Shown: in pieces, positions 12,318 through 22,382 of the stretch
How positions within the stretch are numbered: position 1 is the first letter of the stretch
Layout of the letters: every line of letters begins with the position of its first letter
Assembly: GCA_963785305.1 (NCBI GenBank)
Contig: CAWAUV010000006.1
Span: forward strand, 32,001-96,000
Length of the DNA stretch: 64,000 nt
Reading direction: 5' to 3'
Origin: an uncultured Planctomycetaceae bacterium
GTDB lineage: Bacteria; Planctomycetota; Planctomycetia; Pirellulales; PALSA-1355
Notes under the pieces: generated by a model
The model's database searches: none
What the model saw: the letters and a program-made list of their open reading frames with translations, nothing else
Told to the model about the DNA's origin: nothing
Position numbers and translations under genes: made by a program

Positions 12318-13337
12318 TCAGCCCGCGAATTTCGGGATTTCCGGCGTCGGCAGGTCTTTGAGCAGTCGCGCGATCACGTCCTCGGTCGTGAGGCCCTCGG
12401 CTTGGGCCTGGAAATTCGTGCTCACGCGATGCCGCAGCACCGGAATCGCCACGCGGCGGATATCGTCGATCGACACCGAAAACCGGCCCTCCATCGCCGC
12501 GAGCGCCTTCCCGCCATGAATCAAAAATTGTCCGGCCCGCGGACCAGCGCCCCAGTCGACCAGCTCGCGCACGAACACCGGAGCGTCGGCGTCTTTCGGT
12601 CGCGTGGCGCGAACCAGCCGCGCCACGTATTTAATGATATATTCGCTTACGGCCACTTTGCCCACGAGCGCTTGCAGGTTGATGATCGCCCGGCCCGAGA
12701 GAATCTTGCGGACCTCGGGTTTTTCGTTGCGCGTGGTCGAGGCGAGAATCTGTTCTTCCTCGGCGGCGCTCGGATAATCGACTTTCACATTGAACATAAA
12801 CCGGTCGAGCTGGGCTTCCGGCAACGGATAGGTGCCTTCTTGCTCGATCGGGTTCTGCGTGGCGATCACGAAAAACGGCTCGGGCAGCGGATACGTGGTC
12901 TGGCCGACCGTGACTTCGCGCTCTTGCATCGCCTGCAAGAGCGCTGCTTGGGTCTTGGGCGGAGTGCGGTTAATTTCATCGGCCAGCAGAATATTCGTGA
13001 AGATCGGGCCTTCGACAAAGCGGAACTGCCGCCGGCCGTTTTCGTCTTCGTCGAGCACATTGGTGCCGGTGATGTCCGAGGGCATCAGGTCGGGCGTGAA
13101 CTGAATGCGCTTGAAATTGATGTCGAGAATGTGCGCGAGCGTGCTCACCATGAGCGTCTTGGCCAAGCCAGGCACGCCCACCAGCAGGCAATGGCCACGC
13201 GTGAAAATCGCGGCGAATATCTGTTCGATCACGTCGTTTTGTCCGACGATGATTTTTTGCAATTCTTCCTGCATCACTTGGCGATGCTGGCTAAATTCTT
13301 GCAAAACATCGCCGAGACTTCGGGGCTTGGTCGCCAA
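12318..13337 (-). CDS. moxR: MoxR family AAA+ ATPase
   Basis: GVPGLAKT, RIQFTPDLMPSD, LADEINRTPPKTQAALL, ATQNPIEQEGTYPLPEAQLDRF. Confidence 0.95.
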   Translation of the reverse strand: MATKPRSLGDVLQEFSQHRQVMQEELQKIIVGQNDVIEQIFAAIFTRGHCLLVGVPGLAKTLMVSTLAHILDINFKRIQFTPDLMPSDITGTNVLDEDENGRRQFRFVEGPIFTNILLADEINRTPPKTQAALLQAMQEREVTVGQTTYPLPEPFFVIATQNPIEQEGTYPLPEAQLDRFMFNVKVDYPSAAEEEQILASTTRNEKPEVRKILSGRAIINLQALVGKVAVSEYIIKYVARLVRATRPKDADAPVFVRELVDWGAGPRAGQFLIHGGKALAAMEGRFSVSIDDIRRVAIPVLRHRVSTNFQAQAEGLTTEDVIARLLKDLPTPEIPKFAG

Positions 13338-13430
13338 CGCGATTTCCTTTGCTTGCTCGAAGGGCGAGGATTTTTAATAGAACGCCCGGGGAACCCGGGG
13401 GGCTCCCAAGGACCGCCGGCCGACTCTCGC

Positions 13431-13460
13431 ATTCTACAAGTCGGGCGACACGGCGGGCAA
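13431..13460 (-). promoter_or_regulatory. Possible sigma70-type promoter for the moxR operon
   Basis: Minus strand TTGCCC-N18-TAGAAT about 95 bp upstream of the moxR start. Confidence 0.35.
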
Positions 13461-13548
13461 TCGCCGCTTTCCGGGGCGTTGCTCGCGCAACCCCTGAAAC
13501 CTAAGATATTTGAGGACCTCTTGCAGCCAAGGAAATAGGGACCGGCAT

Positions 13549-15898
13549 ATGAATGCACGACGCCGCCTGACGCTTTGCGCGGCTCTCGTAGCGGTCGTGG
13601 CGATGGCGCCGATCGCGCCACGAGCGCGGGCCGAGGAAATTACGGCCGAAAAGGTCCGACTGGCCATCGAACGCGGCCGCGACTACCTGATTCGCAGCCG
13701 CGACCCGAAGGGCACGTGGAAAGACCAAGTGCCTTACACCGGCGCCGTCACCTCGCTTTGCACCCTCGCCCTGCTCAATGCCGGCCTCGAAACTCGGCAT
13801 CCGGTGATTCAAGACGCGCTCAAATATCTTCGCTCCTCGGAGCTCAAGCCCGACAAAGACCACGGAATGACCTATTCCGTGTCGCTGCAAACAATGGTCT
13901 TTTGCGCCGCCGAGCCCAAAAAAGACCTGCTGCTCATCGCCCGCAACGCCAAGTGGCTCGAAAGCAAGCAGATCACCGAAGGCGATCGGGCGGGGGCCTG
14001 GAGCTACCCGGCCCACGGCGGCGGCGACAATTCGAATAGTCAGTTCGCGCTTTTGGCCCTCTACGAGGCCGAACGCGTCGGCGTCGAAGTGAACCCCCGC
14101 ACTTGGAAACTGGCCCATGAGTACTGGCGCGCTTGCCAAAACGAAAATGGTTCCTGGAGTTATTTTCGCGGCCAGCCCGACTCCGGCAGCATGACCTGCG
14201 CCGGCATCACGGCCATGGTCATCACCTCGGGCCAGCTCAATTTGGGCGACGCCGAAGTGAAGAATGGCCGCATGTTCTGCTGCGGCGAGCAGCGCAAAAA
14301 TCCGGCGATCGAACGCGGACTCGAGTGGCTCGCCGAGCATTTCACGGTCGAGGCCAACCCCAGCGCGGGCCGCAGAGCGCCGCAAACCTGGGTCTTTTAC
14401 TACCTCTATGGCGTCGAACGCGTCGGGCGCATGACCGGCCGACGATTCATCGGCAAGCACGATTGGTATCGCGCCGGCGCCGAAAAGCTGGTTCGCGACC
14501 AAGACGACCAGAGCGGCTATTGGAAGGGCGTCGGCTTGTCGGAAGACAATCCCGATATTGGCACCAGCTTGGCGCTCTTGTTTCTGGCCAAGGGCCGGCG
14601 GCCGCTTTTGATCGCCAAATTGATGCATGGCCCCGACAACGACTGGAACCATCACCGCGGCGACATGGGAAATCTCACCGCCTATGTCGAGCAGCGCTGG
14701 AAACGCGACCTGAGTTGGCAAGTGATCGACCCGGCCAAGGCCGATGTCGACGATCTGTTGCAAGCTCCCGTGCTATTCATCAGCGGTCGCGAGGCGCCGC
14801 TCTTTACGCCCGAGGAAAAGCGCAACCTGCGAGATTATGTCGATCGGGGCGGTTTTATTTTCGCCGAAGCCTGTTGCGGCGGCGGCGAGTTCGACGCCGG
14901 ATTTCGCCGCCTGATGGCCGATGTGTTTCCCGAGCCCGAATTCGCCCTGCGGCTGCTGCCGATGGAGCATCCGGTGTGGCACGCGGAAGAGCCGGTCGAT
15001 CCCGATCATCTGCGCAAGCTCTGGGGTATCGATGTCGGCTGCCGCACGAGCGTCGTCTATGCCGAGGGCGATCTTTCGTGCCAATGGGAACTTTCCAAGC
15101 CGGGCCGCGATCTGAAGGCGCCGCCCGAGATCAAGGCCGATATCGACGCCGCGAACAGCATCGGCGTGAATGTGCTCGCCTATGCCACGAATCGCGAGCT
15201 CAAGTACAAATACGACCAGTTCAAGACCCCCACGGTCGTGGCCGAGGATCGCTTCGAGCGCGGCAAAATGTATGTCGCCAATATCCAGCATCCCGGCGGT
15301 TGCAACGCCGCGCCGGAGAGCGCTCACGACTCTCTTGCGCACGGCGGGCGAGAAGCTCAAGATTCGCGTCAGCGCCGAGCCGCGAGACCTGAACCTCACC
15401 GATCCGCAACTCTTCAACTACCACTTGGTGTTCATGCACGGCCGCAACAATTTCCGCTTCACTCCCCACGAGCGCAAGCAACTCAAGCTGTTTCTCGAAC
15501 GGGGCGGCGTGCTGCTGGCCGACTCGATTTGCTCCAGCAAGGAGTTCAGCGAGGCGTTTCGCCGGGAAATGAAAGCGATCTATCCCGACCAGCCGCTCGC
15601 GCGCATCGCGGCGAACCATCCGCTCTTCGGCACGCGCTTCGGCGGCGCCGATCTTTCCGTCGTCTCCCGCCGGCAGCCGACGCAAGCGGGTCCCGGCGGA
15701 CCGATGCGCTCGGCGGTGCGCGAGGGCGAACCGCTGCTCGAGGGACTCACGCTCGGCAACCGCCTGGCGGTGATCTTCTCGCCCTTCGATCTGAGCTGTG
15801 CGCTCGAGTCGCACGATTCGCTCGAGTGCGAGGGCTACACGCGGGCCGACGCCGCCCGAATCGGCCTAAACGTGATTCTGTACTCGCTCTATGAATAG
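13549..15898 (+). CDS. Secreted prenyltransferase/squalene-cyclase-like repeat + tandem DUF4159 protein, frameshift near 15315
   Basis: Signal peptide; GAWSY, DNSNSQFALLAL, QNENGSWSY repeats; two LRDYVDRGGFIFAEACC / LFLERGGVLLADSIC DUF4159-like modules. Confidence 0.8.
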
Positions 15899-15973
15899 TT
15901 GGCCTCGAGCGAGGGTCTGGTTGGCAAAACCGTTTCTCGCGACGAGACCTTTCCGCGGAGCCGCTTCCAAGTC

Positions 15974-16417
15974 ATGCGATTTTTTCTCGCCGGTATCATG
16001 CAGGGCTCGCTTCGCGCGGCTTCGCTACACGATCAAGACTATCGCCCGCGGCTGATCCGATTGCTCGCCGAGCGGTTTCCCCAGGCCGAGATCCACGACC
16101 CGCTGGCGCTGCACTCCGGTTCGCTCGCCTACGACGAATCGCGGGGGCGCGAAGTGTTTTTCGGCCACAACCGGCTATGCGGCGAGGTGGATGTGCTCGT
16201 GGCCTTCGTGCCCGAGGCGTCGATGGGCACGGCGATCGAAATGTGGGAAGCCTATCGCCACGGCCGCTGCGTGGTCTCGATCAGTCCGCTGGAGCACAAT
16301 TGGGTCATCAAATTCTTGAGCCATGTCCGCTATCATGATGTGGCCGAGTTCGAGGCCGCCTTGGCTGATGGCGGACTCGCGAGTCTCATCGAGCGGCATC
16401 GTTCGGCTTCCTCGTGA
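15974..16417 (+). CDS. Nucleoside 2-deoxyribosyltransferase-like protein
   Basis: FFLAG start and DVLVAFVPEASMGTAIEMWEAY (SxGTxxE) motif. Confidence 0.7.
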   Translation: MRFFLAGIMQGSLRAASLHDQDYRPRLIRLLAERFPQAEIHDPLALHSGSLAYDESRGREVFFGHNRLCGEVDVLVAFVPEASMGTAIEMWEAYRHGRCVVSISPLEHNWVIKFLSHVRYHDVAEFEAALADGGLASLIERHRSASS

Positions 16418-16488
16418 CCTCGATTCCGATGAGCGTTTTCCCCGGTTCGTGAACAATTCTTGCCTTCTACACGCGTGCTCGGTCGATT

Positions 16489-18111
16489 ATGTATGTCCTC
16501 GAAAACCCGGTGTTGCAGCGCGAGCTGTTGGCCAATTTGCGCATGCCGCGGGCCTTCGTGCTGATGTTCTTTTACATCGGGCTCTTGGGGCTCGTGGTGT
16601 TCGCCGCGTGGCCGCGCGAGCAAGAGCTCGACCTCACGACCAATCCCGCCGCGGCTCGCCATCTGGTCAATCTGTTTTTCCTGGGGCAATATGTGCTCGC
16701 CTCGCTCATGGCGCCCAGCTTCGCGGCCGGGGCGATCACCGGCGAGAAGGAGCGCAATTGCTACGAAGCGCTGCTCGCCAGTCCGCTGCGGCCGAGCGCG
16801 ATCGTGCTCGGCAAACTGCTGGCCTCGATGACGCATCTGGCGCTGCTGATCGTGGCGTCGGCGCCGATCATCGTGTTGTGTCTGCCGCTGGGCGGGGTGT
16901 CGATCTATGAAGTCGCGGTCGCGTATCTGTGCCTGATTCTCAGCGTGCTCACGTTCGGCATGATCAGCCTCGCCGCCAGCAGCTACTTCCAGCGCACCGT
17001 GGCGGCGCTCCTCGTTTCCTATCTCTTGATCTTGCCCCTGGCGGCCACGGCGATCTGGTTGTGGGGATCGCTCGAGGACTTCGGCTCGCTCCGGCTGCTC
17101 TTGGCGCTGGTGGCGATGCCGATCGGAAGCGCGGCGATCGTGGCGACGTTGTTTTATCGCACGGCCCGGCGGCTGCTGCATCCGCCCGACGTGGGCAGCG
17201 AGGGACGCGAAGTGGTCGACCTGGAGCACGAAGCCAAGTCGGTCGTGGGGCTGGTGATCAAGCCCGATCAGTTTCCCGACCGCTTGTTCGCGCCGTCGAA
17301 GCGCAAGGACCTGCTCGACGATGGGCAAAATCCGGTGTACGACAAGGAAATGCGGAGCGAAATCTTCGCCCACGGCACGCTCATGCTCCGCATCGTGATT
17401 CAAGTGAGCATTTTCCTCGCGGTGCCGCTCATGGGGGTGTGTCTCTTTGTCAAGCCCGAGCTCGCGCCCTATTACATCTGCTATGTGATTCTTTTCAATG
17501 TGCTCGTGGGCCCGGTATTCTCGGCCGGCAGCGTCACCGGCGAACGCGAGCGCGAAACGCTCGACCTCTTGCTCACCACCATGCTCTCGCCCGGCCAGAT
17601 TCTGTGGGCCAAGCTGATCTCGGGCCTGCGAATTTCGAGCGTGCTCACTTTTTTTCTGCTTTGGCCGCTAGCGCTCGCCTGTCTCATGGTGAGCTACTAC
17701 TGGAGCAATCCGCTCTCGGTGCTCGGATATCTATTCGTCGTGGCGGTCACATGCCTGACGACCGCCACGGTCGCGCTTTGCTGTTCGCTCTGGGCGCGGC
17801 GCACTTCGGTGGCGCTGATGACCTCGTATCTCGTGGTCACGGCGCTCTTCGCCGCGCCGCTGGCGATCGAGAGCTTCGCCGCCAACTTCTTCGTCGGCAC
17901 GCCGCTAAGCCGCCTGGGGCCGATGCTCTCGTTCGTCAGCCCCTTCGCCACCGCGTTTGCCCTGCCGATCAATCTGGGCACGCCGGAGGCCTCGGGCACG
18001 ATCGCTTGGAAGACCGTGTTGGCCTTCGCCGCGTTTTACGCATTGCTGATCGCCGGCATGTTGTGGTCGATGCAGCGAGTGTTTCGCGCCCGATGGCGCC
18101 TGGGCGAATAA
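16489..18111 (+). CDS. ABC-2 type transporter permease with duplicated membrane domain
   Basis: NPVLQREL / NPVYDKEM and GAITGEKER / GSVTGERERETLDLLLTT internal duplication; many TMs. Confidence 0.85.
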   Translation: MYVLENPVLQRELLANLRMPRAFVLMFFYIGLLGLVVFAAWPREQELDLTTNPAAARHLVNLFFLGQYVLASLMAPSFAAGAITGEKERNCYEALLASPLRPSAIVLGKLLASMTHLALLIVASAPIIVLCLPLGGVSIYEVAVAYLCLILSVLTFGMISLAASSYFQRTVAALLVSYLLILPLAATAIWLWGSLEDFGSLRLLLALVAMPIGSAAIVATLFYRTARRLLHPPDVGSEGREVVDLEHEAKSVVGLVIKPDQFPDRLFAPSKRKDLLDDGQNPVYDKEMRSEIFAHGTLMLRIVIQVSIFLAVPLMGVCLFVKPELAPYYICYVILFNVLVGPVFSAGSVTGERERETLDLLLTTMLSPGQILWAKLISGLRISSVLTFFLLWPLALACLMVSYYWSNPLSVLGYLFVVAVTCLTTATVALCCSLWARRTSVALMTSYLVVTALFAAPLAIESFAANFFVGTPLSRLGPMLSFVSPFATAFALPINLGTPEASGTIAWKTVLAFAAFYALLIAGMLWSMQRVFRARWRLGE

Positions 18112-18124
18112 AACCGGCGCCGGC

Positions 18125-18175
18125 AAGAGCCTACTCCACCCCTCTCCCCTTGGGAGAAGGTAGGGCGAGGGGCGA
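18125..18175 (-). repeat. Partial copy of family A REP/MITE-like element
   Basis: cctctccccttgggagaaggtagggcgagggg just after the permease stop. Confidence 0.65.
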
Positions 18176-18214
18176 ACAAGTCAGGAAGTTGTTTATTTTT
18201 AGTCCGTTCCTTAA

Positions 18215-18399
18215 TTCAAGTTTCGCGTTTTTTGCTAGCACTCGAATCGCCGATTTCTCGTGGGTTTTGCACAGTTTGACGGCCGAACTGCCAATTTTTG
18301 CATGTTACCGAGAGGCCGAAGGTTGCCGGAAACGCGCCGAAATCGGAGAAACCACGACGAATCGGGCTATCGGAACTTTTGAAAACCGCGAAAGTCGAA
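18215..18399 (+). mobile_element. 185-bp MITE, copy 1 (shares an end with the IS701-like element at 43891)
   Basis: Begins with the 25-bp IS end ttcaagtttcgcgttttttgctagc; imperfect second TIR; 5-bp TSD cttaa (18210-18214 / 18400-18404). Confidence 0.95.
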
Positions 18400-18540
18400 C
18401 TTAAGTCGTCGGGTTATCATTGGAAGGGCCCGCCCGCCGCGTCTTTGCAACAGCCCGCCAAAGATAGCCAGAAAGCCGGTCGGAACGAAAGCGGGGCATT
18501 TTCTCGTGTCGTCTCATCATTCTCTCGACGGGCAAACTCC

Positions 18541-19380
18541 ATGAGCAACGCGAACATGAAATCAGCGGCCATGAAATCAGCGAACATGAAATCAGCGATT
18601 CCAGGGGCAGTGATCTGCTTGCTGAGCGCGCTCGGAACCAATCTTTTCGCGGCCCAGTGGAATGGATACGAGCAACTCGACTTCCAAGTCGACGGGCGGC
18701 AATGTCTGTTGGTTCAACCGACGACGGCGGCGCCGGGCAAACCGTGGATTTGGCGGACGGAGTTTTTCGGACACGAGCCACAGGCCGACATCGCGCTCTT
18801 GGGCAAGGGATTTCACGTCGCCTATATGAATGTCCAGAACATGTACGGTGCTCCCGTCGCCCTGGATCACATGGACAAGTTTTACGCGCATTTGACAAAG
18901 GAATTCGGCCTTTCGAATAAGACGGTGCTGGAAGGCTTCAGCCGCGGCGGACTGTTCGCGTTCAATTGGGCGGTGCGCAACCCGGAGAAGGTCGCGGCGA
19001 TCTACGTCGACGCGCCGGTGTGCGATTTCAAGAGCTGGCCAGGTAGAAAGTCGGATCCTCCCTCGGCCGAATGGAAACAACTTCTCGCGGCGTACGGACT
19101 CACCGACGAGCAGGCGCTCGATTACAAATTGAATCCCGTCGACAACCTGGAACCGCTGGCGAAAGCGAGGATTCCGATCCTCAGCGTTTGCGGCGATGCC
19201 GACCGCGTGGTGCCGATCGACAAAAACACTCGCGTCGTCGAGGAGCGTTACAAAGCGCTGGGCGGCGATATCACGGTGATCGCCAAGCCCGGCGGCGACC
19301 ATCATCCGCACAGCCTCAAGGATCCGGCGCCGATCGTCGAGTTTGTTCTGCGGCACACCGTCGGAAAGGCAAAACAATAG
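18541..19380 (+). CDS. Secreted alpha/beta hydrolase (esterase/peptidase S9-like); start uncertain (18541-18586)
   Basis: GFSRGG nucleophile elbow, GDADRVVP, DHHPHSL catalytic His; signal peptide. Confidence 0.85.
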   Translation: MSNANMKSAAMKSANMKSAIPGAVICLLSALGTNLFAAQWNGYEQLDFQVDGRQCLLVQPTTAAPGKPWIWRTEFFGHEPQADIALLGKGFHVAYMNVQNMYGAPVALDHMDKFYAHLTKEFGLSNKTVLEGFSRGGLFAFNWAVRNPEKVAAIYVDAPVCDFKSWPGRKSDPPSAEWKQLLAAYGLTDEQALDYKLNPVDNLEPLAKARIPILSVCGDADRVVPIDKNTRVVEERYKALGGDITVIAKPGGDHHPHSLKDPAPIVEFVLRHTVGKAKQ

Positions 19381-19458
19381 CCGTGGAGTTTTGATGCTTC
19401 TCGGGCTGGCGTTCCCTGGTCTTCGGCGCCTTGGATATCCGCCGGCCGACGTCGCGAT

Positions 19459-21959
19459 TTATTCCCGTCGCACGCTCCAGGCGTCGCCACGAATCTCGAC
19501 CACGATGTCGCCTTGCACTGCTTTAGCAGTGACTCCGGGTTCGGTCTTCGTGACCGTTTCCCCAGGCGCCGCATCGCTCGTCGCATCGCGTGGCAACCGC
19601 GCCGACACGCCATCGGCCCGAAAGTCGAAGTGAATTTGTCCGGCCACGTCGGCCGGCGCTGCCCTTCCAGCCACGAGCGGCGCCACCGCCAAGGAGAATC
19701 GCTCCGCTCGGCCCGGTGTCAAGCCTCGCCGCGAAAAGGTCGTGAAAAATCGCTCGGCCGGCCGGCCTTTGGGATTGGGGCAGTGGTAAGGCTGATCGAT
19801 GGTTTCCACGCCAGCGGTTGTCGCGGCGTCGGTCGCGAATCGGACGAGCATCCGCCGCGCGGGCCACGCGCCTTCGGAACACGGATACGCGCCGTCGTCG
19901 TCGCTCGCGAACCAATCGCCACCTTGGCCCGCGAGGGTGTACAACTGCCAGAGTTGGCCGGCCCGAAAGTCGCGCATCGCCGCGCCGGGCGTGAGGATAT
20001 CGTGAATCACGAGCCACCCCTCGGCCGTGAGCACGATGCGGCGCGAGAGCTTGCTGTCGGGCGTGATGTAATGTTCGTGGTCGATGCGGCCAAACGCGTC
20101 GCGGCCCCGCTGTTCCACATGCGCCCCCGACAGACGCGACTCCAGAAGCTGATCGCCCAAGTCGACCTGTTGGCCCAAGCCGCGAATGTGCGCATAGGGC
20201 CGGGCGCCCGAGTATTGCATGTCGAGCTTCAAGCCCGTGAATTGGTTGCGCGAGAAAGGCGCCGCTAGCGGCTGGGCAAATGTCTTCTTGAATTCGGAGC
20301 TTGGCAGCGGGCGCCATGCGATTTCGGTCGAGCCGGCGCCTTCGGTCGAGCGCGAGCTAATATCGATTTTCGTCAATCGCGCAATCCGCGGGTCCCAGCC
20401 CAGAACGCTCTCGAATCCGTCGACAATCCGCGAGCCGCCGGGACCGACGAGCCGCAGATTATCGAACCAAAGCGATTCACAGCCGCGGTTCAATTCGTTG
20501 AAATTTCGTAGCGACCAGCCGGGCGCCAAGCGATATTGCTCGCCATCGGTCGCAAGCCGCTCGACGGGGATCGTCATCGTGTGCCACTCGCCGGGCCGGT
20601 TCCAGCAGCCGGGAAATCGCTCGCCGGGCGGAAGCGCCCACGGCAGGTTGCCGGTGATCGCGCTCCGTGTCCGCTGGCGGCCGAGGTTGTGAAACAGCGG
20701 CGCTCCGCCCACTTCGTAATAAGCGAGCGACGGCCCCTTTTCCGGGTGCGAGTGCGAGCCGGAAGCATAAAGGTCGAAGAGAACCATGGCGTCGTCCGGC
20801 GAGCGGCCAGTCCGCAGGATGAGCTTATCGACATGATCCGCCGAATCGCCCGGCCGGGCTCGATAGGTCACGGTCGACGGATCGCCCTGGGGCGGCGTCG
20901 GCGGCGCTTCGAGAAGCGGCAGACTGATGAGCCCCAGCCCGCGACACCAAAGATCGGGCGGCGGCGGAGCGGATAGCGGACGGCGATAAAGCAGCGCGGC
21001 GGCCCAGCGAAATGTGGCGTCGCGATAGAGCGACGCGGCGTATTCCAAGAGAAACACGCGATCGAGATATAGCGCCGCGTCGCTAAAGTAAGAGTCGCCA
21101 TATTCCGGCACGAGTCCGGTCGGCGAGATCGTGTCGCGAAATCTCGTGAACAGGCGACGAAAGCCGGGCCGCGAGCGGAGATCGTCTTCGTGGCCGAGTT
21201 CTTGAGCCAATTCGACCATGAACACGGCGCCGAGACTGTCGTAGTTTTGCGCGTCTTCGTCGAGGTCGCCGGTTCGCGCGATCGATGCCCAGTAGCGCTC
21301 GAGCCGCTGTTCGAGCGCGGCGCAACGCGCGGCGTCGACGACAAACGACTTCAAATAGGCCGAGCCGAGCATTTGCGCGAGGCGGATATTGTTGTCGGAG
21401 TCGTCGTTCGAAGCGATGAGGGTTTTGGCTTGCTCGGCGGCGAGTGCTTGGATGCGCTCCGTGTCGGCCGGCGCAAGGAGCTTTTGTTGATCGAGATGCT
21501 TGACGAGTCGGCCGAATGCGACGAGCACATGAAAATCGCGAAGACTGAAATCCTTCTCGGCGAGAGCCTGATGCAGAAACGCGAGCGCCTGCTTGCCGAG
21601 CGTCTGTGCGCCGAACTCGGATTGATCGCTTTCTTGAGTTCGGCGGGGCTGCGAATCGCCGGGCGCATTAAGAGCGCCGCTACATCGCCCAGCGCGAGCG
21701 CGTCTTGCGGCTTGGTCGACTTGCCGGGCAAATGCGCTTTCAAGATATCGGCATAGAGTGCCGCGTAGGACTCGGGCGGCAGATATCGCTTCGGCCTCGC
21801 TTCGGCCGCTCGGCCGCGATCGCTCCAGCCCAGCGCGGCCAACAAACCGACAATCGTGGCGAAGATGCTCGCTCGAGCGCCGAATTTGGAATGGAACGGA
21901 GCGCAACTCGGTGCCTCGGCGCCGGTGGTGGACTCGTGACGCGGAAGACAAAGGCGCAT
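19459..21959 (-). CDS. Secreted protein, heparinase II/III-like polysaccharide lyase fold, frameshift near 21610
   Basis: Signal peptide in the 5' frame; EDAQNYD, PEYGDSY and SHSHPEK motifs reminiscent of Hepar_II_III proteins. Confidence 0.5.
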
Positions 21960-22061
21960 GCGGGAGGGCTCGTCGAGAAATGGAGATTCGATGAATGTCC
22001 GATGTTTCGCGACCGAGCATCGGGAAAACACCAGGGATTCAACTCGCACGAACCATCTTAC

Positions 22062-22246
22062 TTCGACTTTCGCGGTTTTCAAAAGTTCCGATAGCCCGAT
22101 TCGTCGTGGTTTCTCCGATTTCGGCGCGTTTCCGGCAACCTTCGGCCTCTCGGTAACATGCAAAAATTGGCAGTTCGGCCGTCAAACTGTGCAAAACCCA
22201 CGAGAAATCGGCGATTCGAGTGCTAGCAAAAAACGCGAAACTTGAA
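22062..22246 (-). mobile_element. 185-bp MITE, copy 2
   Basis: Reverse complement of copy 1; TSD cttac (22057-22061 / 22247-22251). Confidence 0.95.
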
Positions 22247-22295
22247 CTTACTACCGTCGCACGTTAGCGAAAAGAAGGCCGTGTTCGATCGGCTG

Positions 22296-22379
22296 TTAAG
22301 AGCCCATCCGAGTATTTCGGCGAGCCCTCACCCTACCCTCTCCAAGAGGGAGAGAGCGGAGTTGTCGGAAAGGCTCCAA
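22296..22379 (+). repeat. Family A REP/MITE-like element
   Basis: agcccatccgag...gagccctcaccctaccctctccaagagggagag...gttgtcggaaaggct. Confidence 0.8.
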
Positions 22380-22382
22380 GCC

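Noticed and set aside
13501..14763. Long antisense or alternate-frame ORFs throughout (e.g. 13501-14763, 43911-45146, 54372-55712)
   Set aside because: These are shadow ORFs expected in high-GC DNA opposite well-supported genes.
18235..18261. CIRCE/HrcA operator in the MITE (CTAGCACTC)
   Set aside because: Only a half-site is present; there is no GAGTGCTAA after N9.
18298..18540. Shared N-terminal peptide MHVTERPKVAG... in ORFs 18298 and 22163 (and SSFAFFAS... in others)
   Set aside because: These are translations of MITE DNA, not a protein domain.
18215..22246. Composite transposon that moved as a unit between the two inverted MITEs
   Set aside because: Each MITE has its own flanking TSD (cttaa versus cttac), indicating independent insertions.
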